Source: Epithemia pelagica (lineage: Eukaryota; Protista; Bacillariophyta). From it: a stretch of 64,000 nt of DNA. Within the stretch, counting starts at the first letter, position 1. Each line of letters starts with the position of its first letter. The position numbers and the translations under genes are program-made. Shown one piece after another: positions 20,638 through 32,019 of the stretch. Location of the stretch: positions 2,046,001 to 2,110,000 of the forward strand of contig OX337232.1 in NCBI GenBank assembly GCA_946965045.2, written 5' to 3'. The notes under the pieces were generated by a model. It had not been told where the DNA came from. It did not search any database and worked only from the letters and a program-made list of their open reading frames with translations.

Positions 20638-23600
20638 CTACTTTTCTGAACTGTTCCCATCACAATCTTGGGTTTCATACTCGTCAACAAGACGAGAAGA
20701 AGAGTCTTCCAAAAGGTAATCTGACAAAGAGTACACTTTTGTATTCATCTTATGCATAGAGTTTGCCAGTTGACCGTATGGCTTGAAGTTGACGTCCAAA
20801 ATACCCATATTGTTGGTTTCCCCGTCAATGTAGCGGGACCAATGCCAACCCACAACGTTGTGATTCCGCAAGAGACGTATTACAAAGTCTTCATATAGCG
20901 TTCCACGGTTTCTCTGGGTCGGAACAATGAGTCCACCACTCGGACCAATGTTGCAAGTGGCAGCATCTTCAGCTTGAACGTGCCATTCTGTAATCATGAC
21001 AGGATGCCCAGAAAGCTCCGAAATGCTATTCAAGCGGTCTTGCTCTGGTGTGGAGCTCTGGCAATAATTCACCGAAACAACGTCCACCCATTCAGAACAA
21101 GCCTCAAATACATAGTCTTGTTTGGGCATTACACCATTGAATCGGGTTCCAAAGAAGAGATGATTAGGATCATATTTTCGCACAGCAGTGCCCACAATTT
21201 GAAAGTAGCGAGATACTGCAAACGCGCAGAAATCAGCGTTGTCCTGTTTTGAAATTTCTTTTTCTGTTTTCTTTCTCTCCGACAACCACTGCGAAGCCTC
21301 TTGATGACCTGGATCCGAGCTAGGAAGGGCGAGATACCGTTGGATTATATCAGTTTCTCTGAATAGTAGGTCATTGTCTGAGAAGTGGCCAAGCAACCAC
21401 GGATCCTTTGATCTTTCTGTCAACATCTTTGCGTGCTCCTCGCAGAACTGCTCAAATTCCTCATCAAAAAGAGGTAAAAGGCCATCAGAAACTCTTACTC
21501 GACCATGTGGGCGATTTCGGCAATATGTGCTCATAAAGTTCCAGTGAGGGCAGTATGGGGCATGTTTTCTTGCGTGTTCAAAGACTTGTGGATCAGACCA
21601 ACACCCAAGGGTATTGAAACCCAGCTGAGCGAAAAGATATTTGTGGGTGTTGTTGACCCAATCAGTGGTACTGCTGTACTCAGCGGAAAAACCTTTTTCG
21701 TAATATCCTTCTTCATTTCGTGGGCTAACTGTATTGACACCCACACTGAAGAACAACTTTCCCTCCGGATCTACCATGACCCAGCGCTTGCCAACTCTCT
21801 TAACGTGGAAAAAACCAGTTGGCGGCTCAGCGGCATCCATTCTCCCACCATATGGGCTGCGTTGAGTCTCCCTGATAATGTAATCGTCCAGATTATCCAA
21901 CACCAGGGGTCTGTGTCGCTTCCAACCCTTAGTCTTGCTCGTTTTCACTTTAATCCCATCGGTTTTGTCACCTTCACTATCTCCACCGTCAACCACAATT
22001 TCGACCGGGATATTCAACTCGCTTATATTCCCTTGCTCCTCCGGCACATCGCTCAGACTCGAAGAATAGGCAAGGTCATTCTGGTTCATACTGGATTCAT
22101 CTCTCCGTGACTTGTTGGTCATGCATATAGTTTTGTCATCATCCCCATGACTTGAATCCTCCGAGTTCGCAACAAATGTTGTTGTGACTTCAACATCGGC
22201 AGCTGCACTTACGCTTGTGGCAAGCGCTCGTTCCTCCCTCAGTCTCTGTTTAGCCAATTTCCACGCTTGCATACGTTTGGCCATATCGTCTTCATCAAAT
22301 TGAGAATCAGTGACAAGGAGCTTCGGCTTTTCTTTCGATCGATTCTTTTGTTTCTTTGATTGTTTCTTACTATCGGGGACATCCCTCAATGCCACTTCAT
22401 CCTTTTGATCAAGAGACACGACGATGGGTTCCCTTAATTCTTCTTTGTCACCTGATGCAGCCAATTCTTTCTTCTCGCTTTGTCTTTCATCAAACGGAAG
22501 GTTTGTTGCAGCTTTCCTCTTGGTTTCGCCAACTATGTCCTTCTTTGATTCTCGTTGCTTTGCTTTTATGATCGAAGACTCTGCGAGGCCTGGATCGACA
22601 GTGTTGTTGGAGGGGGTGACTAGATTGTCGGAGTCGAATTTACAGTCAGCCTCTCTTTGGGTAGTTTGCCCATTCTTTCTTTCAACAGCCTCAACCATAC
22701 CTCTAGATGATGAGTCCAGCTTATTCACACCGGCCTTGCGCTTGGGTGGGACGTGATCAGGCTCACGATAAGGCTGGGGAATCGCAGCAAATAGGGTGAT
22801 TTGGTTTGCCCCGGGTTTCGAATCACTGTGTGACTCTCTCACGACGTTCTCACGAAAAGTATCTCTAAGAAATCTCACCGGTGCTCCTTGAGGGAACCTG
22901 GGGAGCACGCAGTTCAGTTTCTTTGTTTTTCCGCATGGTTTTTGAACTCCTTAACTGCGTTTTGGTGAGGTTCTCCATTTCTTGTACCCTCTTCGTGCCC
23001 GTATCCTGTAGCACTGGTGCCATGCCCAACTTCGCGCTGTTAGATTCTTCTACAGAGTTAATTACCGGAATGATGGCTTCCTGTCTCTGTGATGAATCAC
23101 TGGACTTGCCCTTTCGTTTGTTCTTCTCATCATAGAACTGCGTTTTGTTTTCTTTGTCAGTATCAGCTATCATAGTTTCCTGCCGTCCTACAGGCTCCCT
23201 CGCTGCAAGACCCTTGTTATTCGACAAGAATGGAAATTTGCCTCTCATGGGTGACTTCTGCCGTGTTGGAGACTTGCCCCTTGAGGGAGATTTAGATCTT
23301 GTCGGAGACTTAGTTCTCATCGGAGATTTAGTTCGCGACGGAGACTTGGTTCGCAACGGAGACATAGTTCGCGACGGAGACTTAGTTCGCAAAGAAAACT
23401 TAGTTCGCAGGGGGGATTTGGCCCTCGCAGTCGTTCCTGATGTGTCCTTTGTCAACTTTCTTTTGATTTTGTTGGTTTTCGCCTGCACCCTTTTGGGATC
23501 AAGTTCATCAATACTTGGTGCGTCTGTCTCTGTGACATTACATTCTTTCTTTCCTTCAGACAGTTGGCCTGGTGAAACATGACAACGACCTGGTTAATAA

Positions 23601-25173
23601 CTCATCGATTTTTCGTTCTCTCATCGGAAAACATTCACTTACTTCGCTGGCGTCTAAGTTGTCCAGGAATCTCTGAAACATTGTTCTCTTCATTTGTCTG
23701 AAGTTCTGGATCTATATCCTTGGCAAGGATTTTGCGCTTGCTTCGTTGACGTTTAACGGTACCGGGTTTTGCCAAGGTCTCCCTACTTGGTTCATTGCCT
23801 ATATCACTGTGACCAGACGTACTTTCCAACGTGATCTCTTCTCCCACAGACGCATCAGTAATCCTAGCGCTAACTGTCATGCTTCTCAGAGCCGCGTTTG
23901 CACCCAGAGATGACCGCCTGACTTTCTGGCCCTTCACCATTCCAGATTTCGTTGCCGCGTTCTTTGCTGTTTCCACACCAACAGAAGTGTCAGCATTCAC
24001 TGGAGGAAGATTTTCTGTGTCTCCTATTTTCTGTTCGCGTAAAGGGGGAACAGAATCAGATAGACACAATTCATGCTCATTCAGGAGCTTTCCTTTACTT
24101 CGTTGGCGTTTCATCAACGCAGGTTTGATTATGTCTGTTTCAGAGTTTCGTTTCATCAACGCAGGTTTGGTCCCATTCTTTATCTCCGTTTCAGTGTTTA
24201 GAGCGGTAGTTGTTTGAGTTTCCAATTTTTTCGAGGACACAGATTTCCCATCAGTCAGGGCTCTAGAAGGTCCTTTGCTTCTTGACCTTCTTTTCGGGGG
24301 GTTTCTGGACTCATCAGTTGTTGAGCTCATAGAGTTTCTATCCAAAGTAGTTTCGGTTTCGTTTTGAGGACGTCTTCCACGTTGGTTTGAGTCATCATGG
24401 CTTTTCTCAGCCATGGCCGCTGCCAGTGAACCATCTGGTTCACCACCTCTCACGCTGAGGTCAATGCCTTTTCCTGCCCATGGATTGGCGGTCAATTTCT
24501 GCTTGCTTCTTTGTTTCTTTAAAGGCGACCTTGAGTCTGCCCTACTTGCCATAACACTTGGATACCCCTGTTTCTCTTTTATCAAACCGTCGCTATCAGT
24601 GGTCCCATCACGTTCTACGTTTTCTGTTTTCTTGGCCTTGCCCTTTTGACCTGTCTGCTGAGATTTGGTGTCCCCTGTGGCTTCTTCTTGTATCTTTCTC
24701 TGATCTTTGTAATCTTTCCTTGCCTTTTTGTCGTCTTGGTCATCGTTTATGAGGCCATGACCACAAGGGTCGAGAAGGATACTGAGCTTTTTCTTCTTTT
24801 CATCATCCAATTGAAATGCATCTTGTTCTCGTTTTCCCTTGTTCTTTTTTGGTGAGAGCGGCTCTTTGTTCTTTTTCGGTGAGAGCGGCTCTTTCTGATT
24901 TGCCTTAATCCCCGATCCTCCATCTACCGATCCGTTGCTGAGAATATCGGCCTCCTCGACGGAACACTGCGATTTGAGACTCTTCTGTTTGATTATGTCT
25001 TTGGAGCTACTACTCCTGTTGATGGCAAGAAGGGAGGCTCCATTTTCCGACAAGGACGTCTCCTCTCCAGTTTTTCTTCCTTTTTGCACATACTTTTTCT
25101 TCTCCTTTTTTTGATCGCCCGATTCTGGAACCTCTTCCGACAAGTAGTTATTAAGACCAGCTGCGTCGTTCAT
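20638..25173 (-). CDS. Large multi-exon protein: long disordered K/S/E-rich N-terminus fused to a C-terminal GH50/agarase-like glycoside hydrolase domain
   Basis: Three long ORFs in series. Intron 23590..23642 joins the first two; the junction near 22830-22880 is unresolved and the start is uncertain. C-terminal motifs: RWVMVDPEGKLFFSVGVN, FNTLGCWS, DPWLLGHFSDND, YDPNHLFFG-x-RF, DVVSVNY, PVMITEWH, VVGWHW. Confidence 0.75.
23250..23425 (-). repeat. Coding 18-bp repeat encoding about 10 R-x-K-S-P-x hexapeptides
   Basis: RAKSPL RTKFSL RTKSPS RTMSPL RTKSPS RTKSPM RTKSPT RSKSPS RGKSPT RQKSPM. Confidence 0.9.
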
Positions 25174-25634
25174 GCTAACTGCTCCGTCCACTTCACGGAT
25201 CGGGGCAGTGTCAGTCAGGATCCGTAAGGATATGAAGAAAATCGATGGTTTCAATGCAAAGGAATTTCGAAGGGGGATGGTTTATTGCGTGGAAGAAAAA
25301 AGTTACAAAATCCTCTCACTCCGAACACCGAGCATGATACAACACAGTGAATTTGAAACTTGGTCGTGTCTTTGCTGCATGCCAAAGGCAAACTGTCGGC
25401 TCAAATATTGTTGCAATGGCCGTGGCAGAGCTTTGGTGACAGACACAGCGAATTACAAACTGAGCTGCAGCAAAAAGCAAAAGCGTCCTTATACTCGCAC
25501 TCGTATTCGTAGTTCTGTTTGATTTTGTCCTTTTTGTCCACCCAATTCTCTCTGGCAAGGGCTTTTTGGTTGGGACGGATTGGAATGGGGGAATCCAGGG
25601 GCTTAAATGAGTACCAACAGGTAGCTGTAGCTGG

Positions 25635-25684
25635 CCCCAAGCCCCAACCCCAATAACACTAACCTACCCCAAACCCCAAACCCC
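25635..25684 (-). promoter_or_regulatory. Six C4 runs (G4 runs on the minus strand); potential G-quadruplex upstream of the GH50-like gene
   Basis: ccccaagccccaaccccaataacactaacctaccccaaaccccaaacccc. Confidence 0.35.
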
Positions 25685-26146
25685 AAAAGGTACTACTCCT
25701 AGCTCTACCTAGAAAGCTTTGAGACAAGGGATGTTGCATAGGTACTGTTTCATAGCCTGTCCCTGGAAGGATGGATCTACTTGTAGTCGGGAGGTCCCTG
25801 CCAACACTTCGATACAACCCCAAACACAACCATGAACACGAAGGTATTCCTCCTATTGTAGGTACTCCTACTCCTATGACGTAAAGACGTAGCGCACAAG
25901 ATTCGTCTAGCTGTATTTGTTTTCTTAAGCTGCCTCGAATGAATCCGTTTCAGGTTCATATGTAATTAAGGCGATGTAGGCAGTCGTCCCTTCCCGTGAT
26001 TTTCTCTTCAAATGTTTTGCCTTTTACGTTTGCTCGTAGCCTGATGTACTTCAACTGTCGTCATCGATTAGTTGTGGTTCGACGATCACTGCTTTCAAGT
26101 TTTCATTCGTACAAATAACACACTAAACTCTGTTCTCCAAAATTGC

Positions 26147-28098
26147 TCAGTCATTGGTCTTTGTGAATATCTGGCTTTCCTTGATCATACTAGTTGTCTT
26201 CTTGATCCTGTCTGTTGTTTCATCGATCACTCTCTCTGCGGCCTGTTGGGCGTTTTCCTTGATCTTTCCAGCTGCTTTCTTGGCGTCATCGGCCAGATTA
26301 GCAGCTTCGTCCTTTATATAGCTTGCAGCCTTTTTGGCATCTCCGGCGAGATGGATGGCATCGTCCTTGATCCTGCGACCCGCTTTCATGGCATCATCCG
26401 CAATGTTGGCTGCTCCACTTTTGACTTTGGTGGCAGCAATTTCCCATGATTTGATCTTGGGTTCTTCGTAAAAAGGCCATGGCACCAGTTGGTCGGCGCT
26501 CGTTGACTTTTGACCCGACTCAGTATACTTTTCCATCCACTTGATAGGTTCCCCTCCAATCCACAAGGTTCGGTCTTGTTTGAACTCCAGTCCGTCAAGG
26601 CATGCCTTGTTTTTGATTTCGTCCTCCCGGCAAACTCGACCATGAATGACCCACGCCAATTCTTTGCCCTCGTAGTACGACACAATTCCCGACTGCACCT
26701 CCAAGTACGCTGGTTCGCATCGGGAGAAAAAGTTCAATCCACACTTGCTCAGCACAATTCCTGGGGCAACCACGTGGCCCGGTTGGATCGGGGTGGTGAT
26801 GTATTTGTGCACAAAACTGGCGACCACGGCAGCCATGGCTACCACAATGGCAGCAAACAACTTGGAGCCACCCGTTTGTGTCGGTTTCTTGGTGATTTTG
26901 TCAGCGGCGATTTGACGGCTCGTCCAGTCCGACATTGCCTTGTCATTTTTGTCAGTATCACTCTCAACTTCCTTCTTCTCTGGTCCAAGAACGTCCCTTG
27001 ATGTTTGGAGTGCCTGTGTATTGACCCCACTCGATTTGAGCTGAGCCAAGGAAATACGGAGAAATCAAGTGTCAGGTCCAACTCGTGAAAACGCACATTA
27101 CAATTGCAGACAATCATACGTACCATGCCGACAACCTTAGTGTTGGAAAGAATTGGCTTCGATAGACGATGTGCCTCCTTCGCTGACAAAACCTTTGGCA
27201 CAGCCACCAGAACGTCGTTGCTCTTGCAGAATTCAGACAATCGCTTTCCAGATACTTTTTCTTCGCCGTCTGTAGTAACAATGGTTTCATACGACTGGTC
27301 GCGGAGGGATTCTTCCGTCACGCTCACAGGAATTTGCGCCAAGACATCTGACACCAAGGCCTTTTCCGAGTCAAACTCCAACTGAAGCAATTCAAAGCGT
27401 CGTGAGTCGACATCCATCAACAAGAGTACCATACGTAGCAAGTATGCTTCCTTGGCGTCGGCGAGTTTGGACGAGGCGACCGTAGAGTTCGCCACGGACC
27501 GGTCGTCCACATTGACATTGACCGTGGAGGCGTCGTCTTCGGTGCTGGCGCCTCGGCGAAGCTCTTTCAGCTCTTTGCTGCTCTTTCTTGAAGTGGCACT
27601 TTTCGAGGTTTGTTTTGAGTCGCGACGTGATTTGCTTGATTCGCTCTTACTAAACATTCCTCTAATCTTCTTGAAGGACAACGTCTTGCGAACAACATTG
27701 GATTTGCTATTCGATCGGGGTCCCCCAGGAGCATTGCCTGAGGAAGCCAGGAACTCACCCAAAGTTGCATCTTTCCGTACCGATCCACTTTGCTTCTTAT
27801 CGGGGACACGCATCGAAGTAGCGCGGGTTTTGTCCGTCGTCGCTTTCTTGGACGAGGCTCGGGAACCTTGAGAGGCAGAGCGAGAGCGTTGATTCTTTGG
27901 TGGAAGACGGGAACCAGCTCGTCCTCGACTCGCAGGATCGTCCGCCTTGCTTTTGGGGGACGACGCAGTTTTGGTGGTGGTGGTGGTTGTCGACGGATTC
28001 TTCTTGACAACTTCCTTCTTGTCGACCGTGGAGTCTTTGGCTTGTTGTGCGGGACGAGCCGATTCTGGAACTGGCGTTGGTTCCGTTGCAGTCGACAT
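26147..28098 (-). CDS. 622-aa predicted single-pass membrane protein: disordered N-terminus, ubiquitin-like domain, TM helix, Cys-containing lectin-like domain, amphipathic tail
   Basis: Exons 28098..27124 and 27040..26147 (GTACGT...CAG intron 27041..27123, phase 0, VVGM|LKSSG; 1869 nt). TM segment LFAAIVVAMAAVVASFV. Confidence 0.8.
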
Positions 28099-29052
28099 TT
28101 TTCCTTTCTAAGTACCGAAAAGTATCCTTGTGCTCTTCCCTTTGAGAACTAGCTTGAAACAGAGTCGCTTGAATGGAATTTGAGCGAGCTCGTTTGCCTT
28201 CACTTTGTTCTGCGAGGAGCGATGGGTATGGACGAGAAGTGGAGAACTGCTGTGCATTGTGCATGTCGTCCCAAAGACACACCATCCAAAAAATCCAAAC
28301 GGTCCAGCCCCCACGATCTTTTCGCCCCTTGACCCTTGACACTCCCTATCGACTGGATTCAACTGAGTATACTCACGCACCCTCATTTTTCTTTCCACGT
28401 CTAATATCCTCATAAAGCGAAGAATTCATCATGGCTATGATACTATGAAAGTCAATTGAACTAACTTACTGTCGTCTGTCTTAAGTGGAGTCCAACATCG
28501 CGCATCTTGAGTCTTAAAAAAAGATCGATGCAGGGCATGGGGGAAAATGGGGGATTGATTCCCATCCAGTCGCAGAAGGTTGCTTGAAGGTGATCTGAAT
28601 TCCTCAGTGACGTTGCCCCCAAAGCAAGACACAGGTGGAGTGTGAATGACTGACGTCAATGTCATCGATTTTGTATTGGCCAATGAAGATCGAGTGGTGT
28701 GTCGTAGTGAATGTCGCGCCTTCTTTCCATTCGTTCTCGGCTCGCGAATCACGAATTCACGACATGCTCAATGTCCTAACCCTAGCCCTAATCGGATATT
28801 AGTTGGGCCTCTTCTAGGACATGAATTTTTTGAAGATTCCCAATGTCGTATGTGACATCTAATATACTCGTAATAGTCGCAATAATATTATGAGTACGAG
28901 TACACTACCAGATCCCAGATCATTCCAAAGAACGACGATTCTGATCCGAAATCGGTACTCAATATCATACAGTCACCCGTAGAATTATACGTGTATGGTA
29001 CTCGTATTCCAGCATGAAGTTATTCCAACAAGCTTCCATGAAGGACAATACT

Positions 29053-29768
29053 GGAACACTCGGAACTTTGTAGTTGGGGACACATAGCCTCGATTGCTAG
29101 GAGACACTTCTTGTCCTCTAGCTGGCGACGCTCTAGTCTCGATTGTCTTGTAGGCTTTAGTGGGTAGTCCTGTAGGGTAGAAAAGGGCAATACATCTGGA
29201 CACGAGTACATATTTGGACAACATCTCCTCAACGGAGAATTTTTAGTCTTGTAGTGGACAGCGTGACATAATTGATTTAACATTTTCAATCCCGTATGTG
29301 CCCAGACAAAATAATATCCCTAAGTAGCGATTCCTGCGGTCCGTTGAAGAAAAGAATGTACTGGAAGTAAATACACTACCATAGAGCACCGAGATCCCGG
29401 AGAGCCGGGGGATGTCCGTTCCTGTTAATATCGCCTACGGGAATCACAAACCAATCAGCGATCGAACTGGACAACTGGACAACTGGACAAATCGAACTGG
29501 ACAACTGGACAACCGGACAACGAACTGGACAACTGGACAACTGGACAACTGGACAACTGGACAACTGGACAACTGGACAACTGGACAACTGGACAACTGG
29601 ACAACTGGACAACTGGACAACTGGACAACTGGACAACTGGACAACTGGACAACTGGACAACTGGATAAACGATGCAACAATACAAGGACACAACAAACAA
29701 GCCAACGAACGAACTAACAATCAAGGACGCAACAAACAAATAACCCAACAATCAACCAGGATTTTACT
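29053..29768 (+). repeat. Left long imperfect terminal inverted arm
   Basis: Colinear blocks match the reverse complement of 39495..40145 (CTCAACGGAGAA, TCCCGTATGTG, GAGCCGGGGGATGTC, CAATCAGCGATCGAACTGGACAA, CAACAATCAACCA). Confidence 0.85.
29467..29660 (+). repeat. (CTGGACAA)n octamer array, 3+3+17 units
   Basis: Blocks separated by ATCGAA and CGAA; the last run is 17 perfect units at 29525..29660. Confidence 0.95.
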
Positions 29769-29826
29769 ATGGAGAATTAGTTCTACCTATGGGTTTTGGT
29801 GATCAGGTACGAGTGGCAGGTACGAG

Positions 29827-30240
29827 TCAGCCGGAGGAAGACATCTGATCAGAGTCGAACACAACAGGGCGAAACCAAGCCTTCGAGCCCTTGTTTCGCT
29901 GTTTGTCGATGGCACGCTGAAGTCGGAGCTTGAAGAGGGCGGTCATCTGGTCGGGGCTCTGAAGCCCACACTGAGCGAACTGCTTGACAAGGTGGTTCAG
30001 CTTTTTTTCAAGGTCAAGGTGCTGTTGCAAGATGGCTTCTTCAATGCATCGGGGAGGCTTGATCGTGCTCTCAAGAGCCACACTCTCCTTGGAAACAAGG
30101 GTATATTTGACGGCACCCTCGCCCATGTCGATAATGACGGGAAGCATGCATTTGGTTGCTGAGCGTTGTGTGTTCAGCCAACCTTTACTTCCGACAAACG
30201 TGCCGCCAATGAAGCGGATAGGTTCGCCTCGACCGTCCAT
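29827..30240 (-). CDS. Accessory ORF-A, 137 aa, N-terminal KOW-like motif
   Basis: ATG-initiated intact ORF. GEPIRFIGGTFVGSKGWL fits the KOW pattern; helical C-terminal half. Confidence 0.65.
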   Translation of the reverse strand: MDGRGEPIRFIGGTFVGSKGWLNTQRSATKCMLPVIIDMGEGAVKYTLVSKESVALESTIKPPRCIEEAILQQHLDLEKKLNHLVKQFAQCGLQSPDQMTALFKLRLQRAIDKQRNKGSKAWFRPVVFDSDQMSSSG

Positions 30241-30284
30241 GATTCAACAATCAACCAATTGCCTGAGTGGAACAACAAGTAAAG

Positions 30285-30386
30285 ACGCAACAATCAAAGC
30301 AAGAAAGAGGGTCCGAGAAGAGTGGAAAGATTTGAACGCAACAATCAAAGCAAGAAAGAGGGTCCGAGAAGAGTAGAAAGATTTGA
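30285..30386. repeat. 51-bp direct tandem duplication in the divergent ORF-A/transposase intergenic region
   Basis: acgcaacaatcaaagcaagaaagagggtccgagaagagt(g/a)gaaagatttga at 30285 and 30336. Confidence 0.9.
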
Positions 30387-30759
30387 GACAAAGAGTCTCG
30401 CTGTTCATTCGGCCTGCGTCCAGTCGAAGGGTGCCCCGCGGGAAGTGACATCCCCAACAACGTAGATTTAAGTCTCCTATTAGTCACAACTTCTATGGAT
30501 TCAAATGCTTTAGTATGTGCTCGCTCTTCATCTACTTTATTGGTTCACTTTCTACTTTACAGGCTCGCCTTTTCATCTACTTGCCTCTCCTGTCTTTTGT
30601 ACTCGTAGGATCATAAGCTTTGCCGAACACGAAAATGAGACTCTTGCTTCCTGATGATATGATGCAACATGGCATCAAGCTTTTGGGCTTTTCATATGAT
30701 TCTGTCATGAAGATGTCCCCCGCAAAGCAGGAGAAGGTCTTTCGCTCACACTATGGTTC

Positions 30760-31523
30760 TGTTAGGATTCTCACCTTTAACTAGGTGATGGTGGAATCTA
30801 CAACACATCGACTGATGCTAGTATTTTATGGCATCCGATGACATTTGTGTTAAAGTGAGAAAAGAATGACGGCATGCTCGCGGACCTATAATTTTGGCCA
30901 AGGCATGCTCGCAATGCACGCGCTATCGGCGACCGCTCGGATATTGACTATGGCCCATCAAGTGCGCGCCCAGTATTCTCAAGCGCGCGCAATCACGATC
31001 CGAGTGAGCACCTCCACGACTTACCTCAACGACCTAAGTAATCAAAGCACGAATCACGATCACGCGAGACCATATTTCCATTCCCACAATTCCAAGAATG
31101 CAATCAACAACGCGCCAAGAAAACTACCTATATCACAACAAAGCAAGAGCTGTTGGCATTGGTATATGATATACAACTGCATATACTTTCAATACAACAA
31201 TGCAGGTCTACTCCAACCATTTGAGGACCTATCACACCAGATCCATGGCCGTATACAGGAGCCAGGACCTCGACCTTCATCAAACATCTTAGTTAGTAAT
31301 CATCTCACAATCATTAATATCACCATTTTAACACTCATCTTAAGACTTACCTCTTATCAGTGGACCGACTGCCCCCACCCACGGCGGACTTCGACTTGCA
31401 ACTCTTCTCTGACCCGTGGAGGATTGTTGTATCGGTTGGTGATCGATTGTTGGCTCAGCGAGCCTTTTACCCAACTACCTATTACCCTTCTGAATTCTCA
31501 ATGAGAGTTCTGCTAGATTAACA
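30760..31523 (+). repeat. 5' LTR (764 bp, TGTTA...TAACA)
   Basis: Matches 35388..36143; 5-bp terminal inverted repeat. Confidence 0.93.
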
Positions 31524-32019
31524 GTCTCATCGCTCATTGCCCTGCAGTCGCATTGGAGATCATACTTACCCATCTACATTGCGTACAGATTGAGCTACAC
31601 CAACAAACAAGAGTTAGAGGACAAAGCTACCCAACCCAACAACAGGGCCAGCCTGGCTAAGGCTAGGGTCATCAACCCTCTCCTATTCCAGGACCTCAAG
31701 CTGGACCAGGACTTTGTGCAACTACCTTCCCAATACTCACCTGACCAGTACTTTGCTGAGGACTACGAGCAAGACGAGGAAGCTACCATCATTCCTGACT
31801 CCCCGGTTCAACTCGATCACCGCAACGAGTCCGGAAGTGACCAAGGATAAGTATCTTTAAGTAGTTTCCACAACAAACCAGAGACAAAACCGAGTTCCGC
31901 ACATCCGGGTTCCCAGCACAACACACATCCGGGTACTGACATACGTGGCACACACGTGGTACATCCGGGTTCAGATCACACCACACATTAAATAAACAAC
32001 GAACCAACCATATACTACC

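Noticed and set aside
28784-28800. Interstitial telomere (cctaaccctagccctaa)
   Set aside because: Only about 2 imperfect units; too short for a telomeric remnant and noted only as a possible promoter motif.
29467-29660. CRISPR array interpretation of the octamer arrays or of the 23-bp and 41-bp repeats
   Set aside because: No unique spacers of suitable length, no cas genes, eukaryotic context.
29376-29751. ORFs reading VQLSSCP / NWTTGQLD repeats (also 39525-39830)
   Set aside because: Translations of the stop-free CTGGACAA octamer arrays; open in several frames on both strands, with no coding evidence.
30866-31504. 212-aa ORF inside each LTR (also 35494..36132)
   Set aside because: No recognisable motif. 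Its presence twice only reflects LTR identity, and the C/A-rich strand is stop-poor. Not called as a gene.
31524-31545. Primer-binding site after the 5' LTR
   Set aside because: GTCTCATCGCTC does not match a tRNA 3' end or the copia half-tRNA PBS that I can recognise; left uncalled.
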